Source of the DNA: Halieaceae bacterium
GTDB taxonomy: Bacteria; Pseudomonadota; Gammaproteobacteria; Pseudomonadales; Halieaceae
DNA length: 64,000 nt
Assembly: GCA_047633055.1 (NCBI GenBank)
Contig: JBLIEI010000014.1
Span: 10,833 to 74,832 of the forward strand
Direction: 5' to 3'
Each line of letters begins with the position of its first letter. The first letter of the stretch is position 1. Positions 9,905-17,331 of the stretch are shown here, piece after piece. The notes under the pieces are model-generated. The model had not been told where the DNA came from, searched no databases, and worked only from the letters and a program-made list of their open reading frames with translations. The position numbers and the translations under genes are program-made.

Positions 9905-11923
9905 TTAGGCAATAAAAGCCTGCTGCTTGATTTCCGTTAACTGATCGCGAAGGTTTGCGGCCTGCTCAAATTCCAAATTCTTGGCATGCTCGTGCATCTG
10001 TCGCTCCAGTTGTTGCATTTTACGCGCCAGCGCCGCTGGCGATAATCTGGCAAGTTCCGCTGCATAACTCGCTCGCTCCTCCGCGACCCTCCTGCCCTTG
10101 GCATTGGCTTTGGTCGGCATGCGCCTGGAGCCCTCCATAATATCCTGCACCGATTTCACTACCCCTCTGGGGATAATGCCATGCTCGGCATTGTGGGCCA
10201 GTTGCTTGTTCCTCCGGCGGGTGGTCTCTGCGATGGCGCGCTCCATCGAACCGGTCATCTTATCTGCGTATAAAATAGCCCGACCATTAATGTGGCGAGC
10301 CGCGCGGCCAATCGTCTGAATGAGGGAGCGATCAGAACGCAGGAAACCCTCCTTGTCCGCGTCGAGTATCGCCACCAACGACACCTCGGGCATATCGAGC
10401 CCCTCTCGCAAGAGATTAATACCCACCAACACATCAAACTCTCCGAGTCGAAGATCGCGGATGATTTCCACCCGCTCCACGGTATCGATATCAGAGTGCA
10501 AATAGCGGACCCGCACGCCGTTATCACTGAGGTATTCAGTGAGATCCTCAGACATTCGCTTGGTCAGGGTGGTCACAATAACCCGCTCATCACGCGCGAC
10601 CGTCACCGCGATCTGTAGCATGAGATCGTCTACTTGATTGATCGCAGGTAAAACTTCTATATCAGGATCGACAAGGCCCGTAGGTCTTACTAACTGCTCT
10701 ACCGTGCGCCCGGCATGCTCCTTTTCATACTTCCCCGGGGTAGCTGAAACGTAAATTGCCTGAGGCGCAAGTCGCTCCCACTCCTCAAATTTCAGGGGTC
10801 GATTGTCCAGCGCTGAAGGTAACCGAAAACCGTACTCCACCAAGGTTTCCTTGCGTGAGCGATCGCCTTTGAACATTGCACCGATCTGGGGAATACTGGC
10901 GTGCGATTCGTCAACGATCACCAGCGCGTTGTCTGGCAGGTACTCGAACAGCGTGGGTGGCGGCTCGCCGGACGCCCGACCAGACAGGTAGCGGGAGTAG
11001 TTTTCAATGCCCTGGCAGTAACCCAACTCGCGGATCATCTCTAGATCATACAGGGTGCGCTGCTGCAGACGCTGGGCTTCAACCAGCTTTTCGTGCTCCT
11101 TCAGCTGCTTCAAACGGACCTTCAACTCGGCCTCGATATGCTCAACCGCACCCAACATAACGTCCTTACCAGTGACGTAATGACTCTTTGGGAAGATCGT
11201 CACACGGGGCACCCTGGCCTCGACTGCACCCGTCAGAGGATCGAACAACGAGAGGCTTTCAATTTCTTCGTCAAACAATTCAACGCGAATCGCCTCGTAT
11301 TCCGAATCGGCAGGGAAAATATCGATCACATCTCCCCGAACACGATAGGTTCCGCGCTGGAAATCCACATCGTTGCGGGTGTATTGCAGCTCAGCAAGGT
11401 GTCTAAGCACTCCGCGCTGATCAATCACTTCACCCCGGGAGAGATGCATCACCATTTTAAAATAGGCTTCGGGGTCACCCAGACCATAAATCGCCGATAC
11501 CGTGGCGACTACCAGGCAATCTTCTCGTTCCAGCAGGGCCTTGGTCGCCGATAGACGCATCTGCTCGATATGCTCGTTGACCGAGGCATCCTTCTCAATA
11601 AAGGTGTCTGAGGAAGGCACGTAGGCCTCAGGCTGAAAATAATCGTAATAAGAGACGAAGTATTCCACGGCATTGTTGGGGAAAAACTCCTTGAACTCGC
11701 CGTAGAGCTGGGCCGCCAAGGTCTTGTTGTGGGCCATGATAATGGTCGGCCGCTGCAGCTTCTCAATCACTTTGGCCACGGTGAAGGTTTTACCGGATCC
11801 GGTAACCCCGAGTAGAATTTGCGAGGCCAAACCGGCCTGCACCCCTTCCACAAGCTGTTTTATAGCCTCTGGTTGGTCACCGGCGGGTTCAAAACTGGAT
11901 TTCACTTGAAAAGGGCGGGTCAT
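9905..11923 (-). CDS. uvrB: excinuclease ABC subunit B
   Basis: [21 protein letters not shown], Walker [11 protein letters not shown] and the C-terminal UVR motif [13 protein letters not shown] are all present. The start was trimmed from 11950 to the ATG at 11923. Confidence 0.96.
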   Translation of the reverse strand: MTRPFQVKSSFEPAGDQPEAIKQLVEGVQAGLASQILLGVTGSGKTFTVAKVIEKLQRPTIIMAHNKTLAAQLYGEFKEFFPNNAVEYFVSYYDYFQPEAYVPSSDTFIEKDASVNEHIEQMRLSATKALLEREDCLVVATVSAIYGLGDPEAYFKMVMHLSRGEVIDQRGVLRHLAELQYTRNDVDFQRGTYRVRGDVIDIFPADSEYEAIRVELFDEEIESLSLFDPLTGAVEARVPRVTIFPKSHYVTGKDVMLGAVEHIEAELKVRLKQLKEHEKLVEAQRLQQRTLYDLEMIRELGYCQGIENYSRYLSGRASGEPPPTLFEYLPDNALVIVDESHASIPQIGAMFKGDRSRKETLVEYGFRLPSALDNRPLKFEEWERLAPQAIYVSATPGKYEKEHAGRTVEQLVRPTGLVDPDIEVLPAINQVDDLMLQIAVTVARDERVIVTTLTKRMSEDLTEYLSDNGVRVRYLHSDIDTVERVEIIRDLRLGEFDVLVGINLLREGLDMPEVSLVAILDADKEGFLRSDRSLIQTIGRAARHINGRAILYADKMTGSMERAIAETTRRRNKQLAHNAEHGIIPRGVVKSVQDIMEGSRRMPTKANAKGRRVAEERASYAAELARLSPAALARKMQQLERQMHEHAKNLEFEQAANLRDQLTEIKQQAFIA

Positions 11924-12090
11924 ACAACTCCGGCGGGTGTGCGGGGTCAAAACAGCCCTGCATTATCATCTACATACGCAAGAATTGCAGCCTGTAGATC
12001 GCTCTGAAGGTGATTATGTAATATTCCCGATTTAGCGGTTGACCGAACCCACCGTCGACATTAATATACGCGGCCTCAGGTTATTACCAT

Positions 12091-12166
12091 TCCGCTTTAG
12101 CTCAGTTGGTAGAGCAATTGACTGTTAATCAATGGGTCGCTGGTTCGAGCCCAGCAAGCGGAGCCA
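12091..12166 (+). tRNA. tRNA-Asn (anticodon GTT)
   Basis: The acceptor stem TCCGCTT/AAGCGGA is followed by G-CCA. The D-arm is AGCTCAGTTGGTAGAGC, the anticodon loop is CTGTTAA and the T-arm is GGTTCGAGCCC. Total length is 76 nt. Confidence 0.93.
12121..12166 (+). repeat. attL: 46-bp direct repeat formed by the 3' part of tRNA-Asn
   Basis: ACTGTTAATCAATGGGTCGCTGGTTCGAGCCCAGCAAGCGGAGCCA is identical to 22988-23033. Confidence 0.9.
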
Positions 12167-12173
12167 GATACAA

Positions 12174-12206
12174 CCCCCGTAAACGTTAAGTTTCGGGGGT
12201 TTTTTT
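12174..12206 (+). terminator. rho-independent terminator supplied by the island downstream of the reconstituted tRNA-Asn
   Basis: CCCCCG (12174-12179) pairs with CGGGGG (12194-12199) and is followed by T7 (12200-12206). Confidence 0.7.
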
Positions 12207-12360
12207 ATGCCAAAAATAACGCAATAAATCCAAAAATAGTCCTATATTAGGACACTAGCAATTGTTTTTAGTTGCGGCTATACTTTGTGGATCGCGTACC
12301 GGAACGCAACAAGATGCAAACCGACGCAATGGGGTGAAAAGTCCAAGGCAGTTCGAAACT

Positions 12361-12384
12361 GCCGCAACTATTGCCGCAACTATT
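12361..12384 (+). repeat. tandem 12-mer GCCGCAACTATT x2 (candidate integrase arm-type site, left end)
   Basis: GCCGCAACTATTGCCGCAACTATT recurs at 22918-22941 as GCCGCAACTATTGCCGCACCTATT. Both copies are followed by an ACCCAATGA(T/C) motif. Confidence 0.5.
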
Positions 12385-12439
12385 TTGACCCAATGACTAA
12401 AATGTTGCGAACCAATGATCGTATTTTCAAGGGCAATGC

Positions 12440-13753
12440 ATGGCAATTCCAGAGGAAAGGACGTTCTCGAACGATACGCGGCTCCAATCGATCAAATGGC
12501 CTGGCGGATGCCGAGAGCCAAGACTCGATTTTGTCGACACACAAGAGGCTGGCCTCCGGTTCCGGATCACCCCCAAGGGAAAGCGCACTTTCGTCTATCG
12601 CTACTTTCCGAACGGCAGCAAGACCGGCAAACAGGTAACCTTGGGCACCTACCCCGCATACACCCTCAAGGAGGCGCGGGAACAGGTTCGGCAATTACGG
12701 AAGTCACGGGAAAGCGGAATCGACCCAAAGGTCGCCCTTGCCGACCAAAAACGGGCAGCGGCCGAAGCTGCTACCCCTGCCGAGGGTCGCTCGGCGCACT
12801 ACACTGTGAACGCCCTTTGCAGGGAGTGGCTCGACGATGTGCAAAATACAAAATCGAATAACACCTATAAGCAATATAAACACGTGGTTGAAAACTGGAT
12901 AAAGCCCGAGCTCGGCACTATCGCAGTTGCAAACGTTGGGCGGGACGATATCGCCAATATGCGACAGGCAATCCTAAGCAAGCGACATCGAAAAACAGGA
13001 AAGCCTCTAAACACACTCGCAAACAGATTGCAGGCGATCACGCGGGCCATGTTCAATTGGTGTATCGAAAACCGGAGCCAGAAAAGTGGGATCGAACTCA
13101 ATCCGGTTAATGGCCGCCAGAAATGGGGGGGCAAAGAAAATCCGCTTCGGCTGACCCTCCCCCCGCTAACGATCGACGCGGTTGCAAAAATCATCTACTA
13201 CGCCCGAGAGTCAAAGGCCAGCGACGCTATCCGGCTTTGTATCGAACTATGCTGGCGGATTGGACTTAGGCCGACTGAGGCCCGCACCGCCAAAAAGGGC
13301 GACTTTGATTTAAAGGCAAATATCTGGACGATACCCAAAACAAAAAACGGTATTCCCCTTCGTGTGATGTTGCCCAGCCAGGTCGCAAAGATAATCAAGA
13401 ACTATCTCGACACGCACAAATTCAATAAGTCCGACTCCATTTTCCGGAAATCCAGGGGGACAGGCCCTATGGACGCAAAACGAATCCAAAAAGTAATGAC
13501 CGCGCTTCACGACAACGAGCTATATGGCGGGAAAATGCACATCTCGCGACACGCCTTTATGTCATGGGCGAAAGCGAACAAGATCGGGCTCGACGTCCGC
13601 AACCGACTTACAAACCACGTCGACCGAAGCATCGATGCCACATACTCCCATGCAGACCTCGACGACGAGGCTCGCGAAGCATGGCATCGATATAGCAATG
13701 AGATCGAGCGCGAGATAAAGAAACTGCAAAAGAATTCGCCTAAAAAGCGATAA
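12440..13753 (+). CDS. tyrosine-type site-specific integrase (P4/CP4-57-like, DUF4102-type arm-binding N-terminus)
   Basis: The N-terminus reads GLRFRITPKGKRTFVYRYF..VTLGTYPAYTLKEAREQ. The C-terminal catalytic region carries SRHAF and ATYSH (the Tyr nucleophile context). The gene is adjacent to attL. Confidence 0.88.
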   Translation: MAIPEERTFSNDTRLQSIKWPGGCREPRLDFVDTQEAGLRFRITPKGKRTFVYRYFPNGSKTGKQVTLGTYPAYTLKEAREQVRQLRKSRESGIDPKVALADQKRAAAEAATPAEGRSAHYTVNALCREWLDDVQNTKSNNTYKQYKHVVENWIKPELGTIAVANVGRDDIANMRQAILSKRHRKTGKPLNTLANRLQAITRAMFNWCIENRSQKSGIELNPVNGRQKWGGKENPLRLTLPPLTIDAVAKIIYYARESKASDAIRLCIELCWRIGLRPTEARTAKKGDFDLKANIWTIPKTKNGIPLRVMLPSQVAKIIKNYLDTHKFNKSDSIFRKSRGTGPMDAKRIQKVMTALHDNELYGGKMHISRHAFMSWAKANKIGLDVRNRLTNHVDRSIDATYSHADLDDEAREAWHRYSNEIEREIKKLQKNSPKKR

Positions 13754-13822
13754 AATCGGGGGTGAAGGTGAACCACCACCAACCCCCCCTAATCAAAGTA
13801 CGACTAAAAAGGTAATCGTAAA

Positions 13823-14077
13823 ATGACTGATAACAATTCTACTACTAACAACAGCAATACGCCCTCTGCCAGGTCTGCCGGAGAAATCTGCAACCTGGCG
13901 GCCTCACTTGGCGCCCTGTGCGACGACGCACTCGACAACCCCCAGCAGGTAACGTCCGCCCAGCTCGTCGCCATGAAAGCCCTGGCGGGCAATATTGGCG
14001 CGCTTGCCGATCATATTGGCGGGGGTGGGTATCGAACCGATGCGCTCGAATGGATGGGGGTGAACCCAAATGCCTAG
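13823..14077 (+). CDS. hypothetical protein (84 aa), island
   Basis: The ORF has a plausible RBS (AAGGT) and an 8-nt overlap with the next ORF. It has a low-complexity N-terminus and no recognisable motif. Confidence 0.45.
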   Translation: MTDNNSTTNNSNTPSARSAGEICNLAASLGALCDDALDNPQQVTSAQLVAMKALAGNIGALADHIGGGGYRTDALEWMGVNPNA

Positions 14078-15068
14078 CTTGCCTCGCCCTAATGTGGCGC
14101 AGCCAGAGTATACCCTCGACGAGTATACCCACTACTGCGGTCTTCATCGGGATACGGTTGACCGCCAAATAGACGGGGGCGAGCTTCGGCTTGCCTCTCC
14201 CTGTCCTGACAGAACACCTGGTAGACGCGGCTGTAAATCGATCGGGATATCGCTCGAAACTATGGATCGCAAAGCGCGGGCACTATTGGGAATGATACTT
14301 GAGCGCCGACTTGCCCATTCAGAGGTAACGATCAACGAGGCCAACGGACTGCTGCGCAAAGAGCTACTGCGCGAAAAGCTACTACTGCGCAAAAAGTTAC
14401 CGCCGCGCGAAAGGATACGGCGCGGAGGCCCCCCTAAATCCCCCAAGCTGTTGAGCCTACCCCGATCAGAGCCGCCCGAATACCTGTATGAAAGCGATAT
14501 AACTCGCGACTTCAATTTGTGCCGAGGAGGTTTCCAGACACCGGAAACTAAATACGAGCATGCAGCGTGGAAACGTTATTTTTATCAAGACCTGGACGGT
14601 CGCGAATATTTGCTCTGCCGTATCACTGCGGAGTTTGTCGAGGGAAAATTTTCGGGCGAAACATTGACGGTAGATGTTGTCGGCTCAGGCGACGTTATTC
14701 CATCGGAGCAATTCGAGGGTCGCCCCGCCACCCCGGCACAAGAATCCGCACCGGCAACTATAGAGCCTTTTGTTAGCCCCCAGAGAGGCAACCCGTTAAC
14801 AAATGCGATCGTTCAATTTGGTAACAATCTATTCAAGGAATCTAAAGAGGGCGAAACTCCAGGGTGGGGGGCTGTTCTACGCGCAATGCTCGACGAAGAA
14901 GGCAGAGAAGCTATGACGGAACTCGAATGCAAATACGACAAAGATACTAACGAGTTTTTCTATACGGACAGCAACGGCAAGAAAGAACGGGTAAGCAAAA
15001 GTACGGCGAGAGGGCGATACAACAGGAGGCGAAGAAAAGCCAATAAGGATGCAATAACGACCGATTAA
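14070..15068 (+). CDS. hypothetical protein with an excisionase-like HTH N-terminus (332 aa), island
   Basis: YTLDEYTHYCGLHRDTVDRQIDGGELRLA resembles excisionase/MerR-type HTHs. A basic repeat region (LLRKELLREKLLLRKKLPPRERIRR) follows. The remainder is unrecognised. Confidence 0.5.
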   Translation: MPSLPRPNVAQPEYTLDEYTHYCGLHRDTVDRQIDGGELRLASPCPDRTPGRRGCKSIGISLETMDRKARALLGMILERRLAHSEVTINEANGLLRKELLREKLLLRKKLPPRERIRRGGPPKSPKLLSLPRSEPPEYLYESDITRDFNLCRGGFQTPETKYEHAAWKRYFYQDLDGREYLLCRITAEFVEGKFSGETLTVDVVGSGDVIPSEQFEGRPATPAQESAPATIEPFVSPQRGNPLTNAIVQFGNNLFKESKEGETPGWGAVLRAMLDEEGREAMTELECKYDKDTNEFFYTDSNGKKERVSKSTARGRYNRRRRKANKDAITTD

Positions 15069-15129
15069 CAGAAAGATAGCCATTAGCGCGCAGTAGCCCG
15101 TTTTTTGCGCGCGGGTTCGCCCTGCGCCT

Positions 15130-15166
15130 TATACCTTGCAAACATTCCAATCAAAAGCAAGGTATA
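15130..15166 (+). promoter_or_regulatory. perfect 10-bp inverted repeat TATACCTTGC-N17-GCAAGGTATA covering the RBS of the HTH gene (operator or RBS-sequestering hairpin)
   Basis: The arms at 15130-15139 and 15157-15166 are exact reverse complements. AAGG at 15159-15162 lies 8 nt upstream of the ATG at 15171. Confidence 0.45.
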
Positions 15167-15170
15167 CAAA

Positions 15171-15416
15171 ATGGGCGCCACCACCCAAACAACGCTCCAG
15201 CAACTCGCCACGGAGTGCCACGTTTCGCTCCGAAAACTCCAGCTTGATGTAAAAAGTGGGATCCTAGAGATAACCCGCGTCGGGCGGACGCCGTTCGTTA
15301 CAGAAGAGCAAAAAGAAATCTACTTTTTACGCAACCGCGTTGCGAATAGCCCACGAACGTATGCCGAGGAACGAGAGCTCGAGCGCCTAGGTTTCCGAGC
15401 TAAACCGAATGAATAA
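15171..15416 (+). CDS. excisionase-family HTH DNA-binding protein (81 aa), island
   Basis: TLQQLATECHVSLRKLQLDVKSGILEITRVGRTPFV fits the excisionase-type HTH pattern. The start was trimmed to the ATG at 15171. The gene overlaps the next gene by 8 nt. Confidence 0.55.
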   Translation: MGATTQTTLQQLATECHVSLRKLQLDVKSGILEITRVGRTPFVTEEQKEIYFLRNRVANSPRTYAEERELERLGFRAKPNE

Positions 15417-16578
15417 GTGCGCAAGCGCGTCGCCAAAGTTCCGGCGCCGACTCGAGCTACTGTTACCGAAAAGCGACTTGCTGACTAGCCTCGACTGGCC
15501 AGACGAACAGGCCTATCAATTTCTTGTCGATCTCGACCAGGATATTGATCTGGGCGATGGCGGCCAATACTCCGTAGTTGCAAAAAAGAATGCTGCCATG
15601 CGAATGCTGAATGTCGGCGTCGACCATTCAGCCGTTGCCGTCTGGTATGTGTTAGCCGACTACGCATACAAAGGCAGCAAAGGCATTTGTTTCCCAAGCC
15701 TAACAACTATAGCCGGTCGTGTGAGCCTCTCCAGGCGCGCTGTTATCCGATGGATCAATTACCTAGTCGAGCTAGGGGCCGTTGAGAGACTGACCCGAGG
15801 CAACGGCAGAAACGAAGCTACCCGATATTTCATCATTACGACCTGGAACCCGTCGTTCGGCTTACACACTAGCGGCGCAAAGGGTGACGGCAACGGCACT
15901 ATTCCTACGAAATCTAATAGTGACAGTAGCGACACCGTTCCGGCCGAAATAGTGACACCTGTGACATTAAATAGTGACACCTATGACACGCAAATAGTGA
16001 CGCAGGTGTCACACGAATCTATCTATGAAACCGGCATTAAGCCGGTTGAAATAGATAGACAGGCTAACGCGCAAAAATCTTCGGGCGCTGAGGCGCCCTG
16101 CGATTTGGTCGCTCCGCCTGGAGAGCTGCGATTGTCTGAGGTATTTCGCAGGGGGTGGGGCGGGCTTAAACCTCGCGAGGCAAAACACACACAGCGGCAA
16201 CTAGCAAAATCCATGGCTGAGGGCGACACCCCCGACGAAATAGCCGACGGCCTGTTACGACACCTGGCGTGGGCTATGGCGTGGGAAAAGCCCCCCTGGC
16301 AACTCGCAGCGCTTTTACGCACATCGAAGTATCACGACGACTGGGACACTCGGCCTCCGGCAAAAAAGGATAAACCCAAAGCAAAGGCCGCCACCAGGTC
16401 AACGCCAGCACAACTCGCCCGGAGCATCTCAGACGATGATGCGGCATCGCTCGGCCCCACCCAGGCTCGAAAAATCTTTGACGAGCACCTCAAAGGCGAT
16501 TGCAAACTTTGCTCCAGCGGGGGTGCGACTCCGCCATGCGATAGCGGGGCGCGGCTAATACGGAAAATAACAGGCTAA
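15409..16578 (+). CDS. replication-initiator-like HTH protein (389 aa), island
   Basis: FPSLTTIAGRVSLSRRAVIRWINYLVELGAVERL is typical of HTH_36/Rep-O-like winged-helix initiators. The gene contains an iteron array (15916-16012). Confidence 0.55.
   Translation: MNKCASASPKFRRRLELLLPKSDLLTSLDWPDEQAYQFLVDLDQDIDLGDGGQYSVVAKKNAAMRMLNVGVDHSAVAVWYVLADYAYKGSKGICFPSLTTIAGRVSLSRRAVIRWINYLVELGAVERLTRGNGRNEATRYFIITTWNPSFGLHTSGAKGDGNGTIPTKSNSDSSDTVPAEIVTPVTLNSDTYDTQIVTQVSHESIYETGIKPVEIDRQANAQKSSGAEAPCDLVAPPGELRLSEVFRRGWGGLKPREAKHTQRQLAKSMAEGDTPDEIADGLLRHLAWAMAWEKPPWQLAALLRTSKYHDDWDTRPPAKKDKPKAKAATRSTPAQLARSISDDDAASLGPTQARKIFDEHLKGDCKLCSSGGATPPCDSGARLIRKITG
15916..16012 (+). repeat. iteron array (candidate island origin of replication) inside the Rep-like gene
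   Basis: Four copies of (A)AATAGTGAC start at about 15916, 15948, 15970 and 15993. The last three are spaced 22-23 bp apart. The last copy is part of the inverted repeat GTGAC-N6-GTCAC. Confidence 0.6.
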
Positions 16579-16607
16579 CAAAAGTACCAATAATAATAGA
16601 GGCAAAA

Positions 16608-16928
16608 ATGAAACAAAAACACAAAATCGAAAATCAAAACGCGCTCGACGACCTGGCAAAGACAATCGGAAAGGTGGCCACAGAAAGTCGACGCCGGAAA
16701 CTGTGGCGACTGCATTCTGAGTTGAGCCGAACGTCTCCAGGTATACAGTCTGCACGCGCGAAAAACGTGGTGGGGTTTGTTGGCGTAAAACAGACCAAGA
16801 ACGGCAGGTATAGCGCAATGGCAGCCATTCGAGGGAAGCGAATTCACATAGGCACATTCAACAGACCGTATGAGGCCTACGCAGCGCGAGCGATTTTTCT
16901 CGCAAAGCATCGTGACGACGAAAAGTGA
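16608..16928 (+). CDS. AP2-like DNA-binding domain protein (106 aa), island
   Basis: VGFVGVKQTKNGRYSAMAAIRGKRIHIGTFNRPYEAYAARAIF matches the AP2/ERF-type fold pattern seen in phage and HNH-associated proteins. No HNH motif is present. Confidence 0.5.
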   Translation: MKQKHKIENQNALDDLAKTIGKVATESRRRKLWRLHSELSRTSPGIQSARAKNVVGFVGVKQTKNGRYSAMAAIRGKRIHIGTFNRPYEAYAARAIFLAKHRDDEK

Positions 16929-17043
16929 AATTCGCCTGAGTTCGCGCGAGTTCGTTTTGATAGTAAAAAGACAGAGCATTTCGTCGGGTTACATAGAGGA
17001 CTTACACCAATGCAAACTAAACTAATTTTTACAACATAAAGAG

Positions 17044-17331
17044 GTGTTTATGACTGACCCAGAAAACAAAGATCAAGTCGTGAGAATTGACGGCAGCGGC
17101 ACAACCTCCGCTAAAGTTCGTGAAGCGGCAAGCCTTTATCTACAGCGTGCCGGAGGCGGCCCAGAGGTGAGCTTCGCCAAGTCCCTAAGGTTCTATGCCG
17201 AGATTGGGGCTGAATTCGAAAGGCTTCGCATCCTTGGCGGAAACTTCCCGTTCTCGACCGAGCAGGCATTGAAGCTTCACGCGCAAAAAATGGCAGGGGG
17301 TCGTGAGTCGACCCACCTGGAGATCAAATAA
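17044..17331 (+). CDS. hypothetical protein (95 aa) translationally coupled to the capsid gene, island
   Basis: A good RBS (AAAGAGG) precedes it and its stop overlaps the next start (TAATG at 17329-17333). The function is unrecognised. Confidence 0.55.
   Translation: MFMTDPENKDQVVRIDGSGTTSAKVREAASLYLQRAGGGPEVSFAKSLRFYAEIGAEFERLRILGGNFPFSTEQALKLHAQKMAGGRESTHLEIK

Noticed and set aside
11924-12090. Looked for a LexA (SOS) box upstream of uvrB.
   Set aside because: CTG-containing candidates (CTGCATTATCATCTACAT and CTGTAGATCGCTCTGA) do not fit CTGT-N8-ACAG, so no box can be supported.
12255-12861. Several 60-150-aa ORFs on both strands around the integrase 5' end (12255-12446, 12285-12638, 12380-12694 and 12415-12861).
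   Set aside because: They overlap each other and the integrase frame, which has clear family motifs. Their compositions look like frame-shifted translations.
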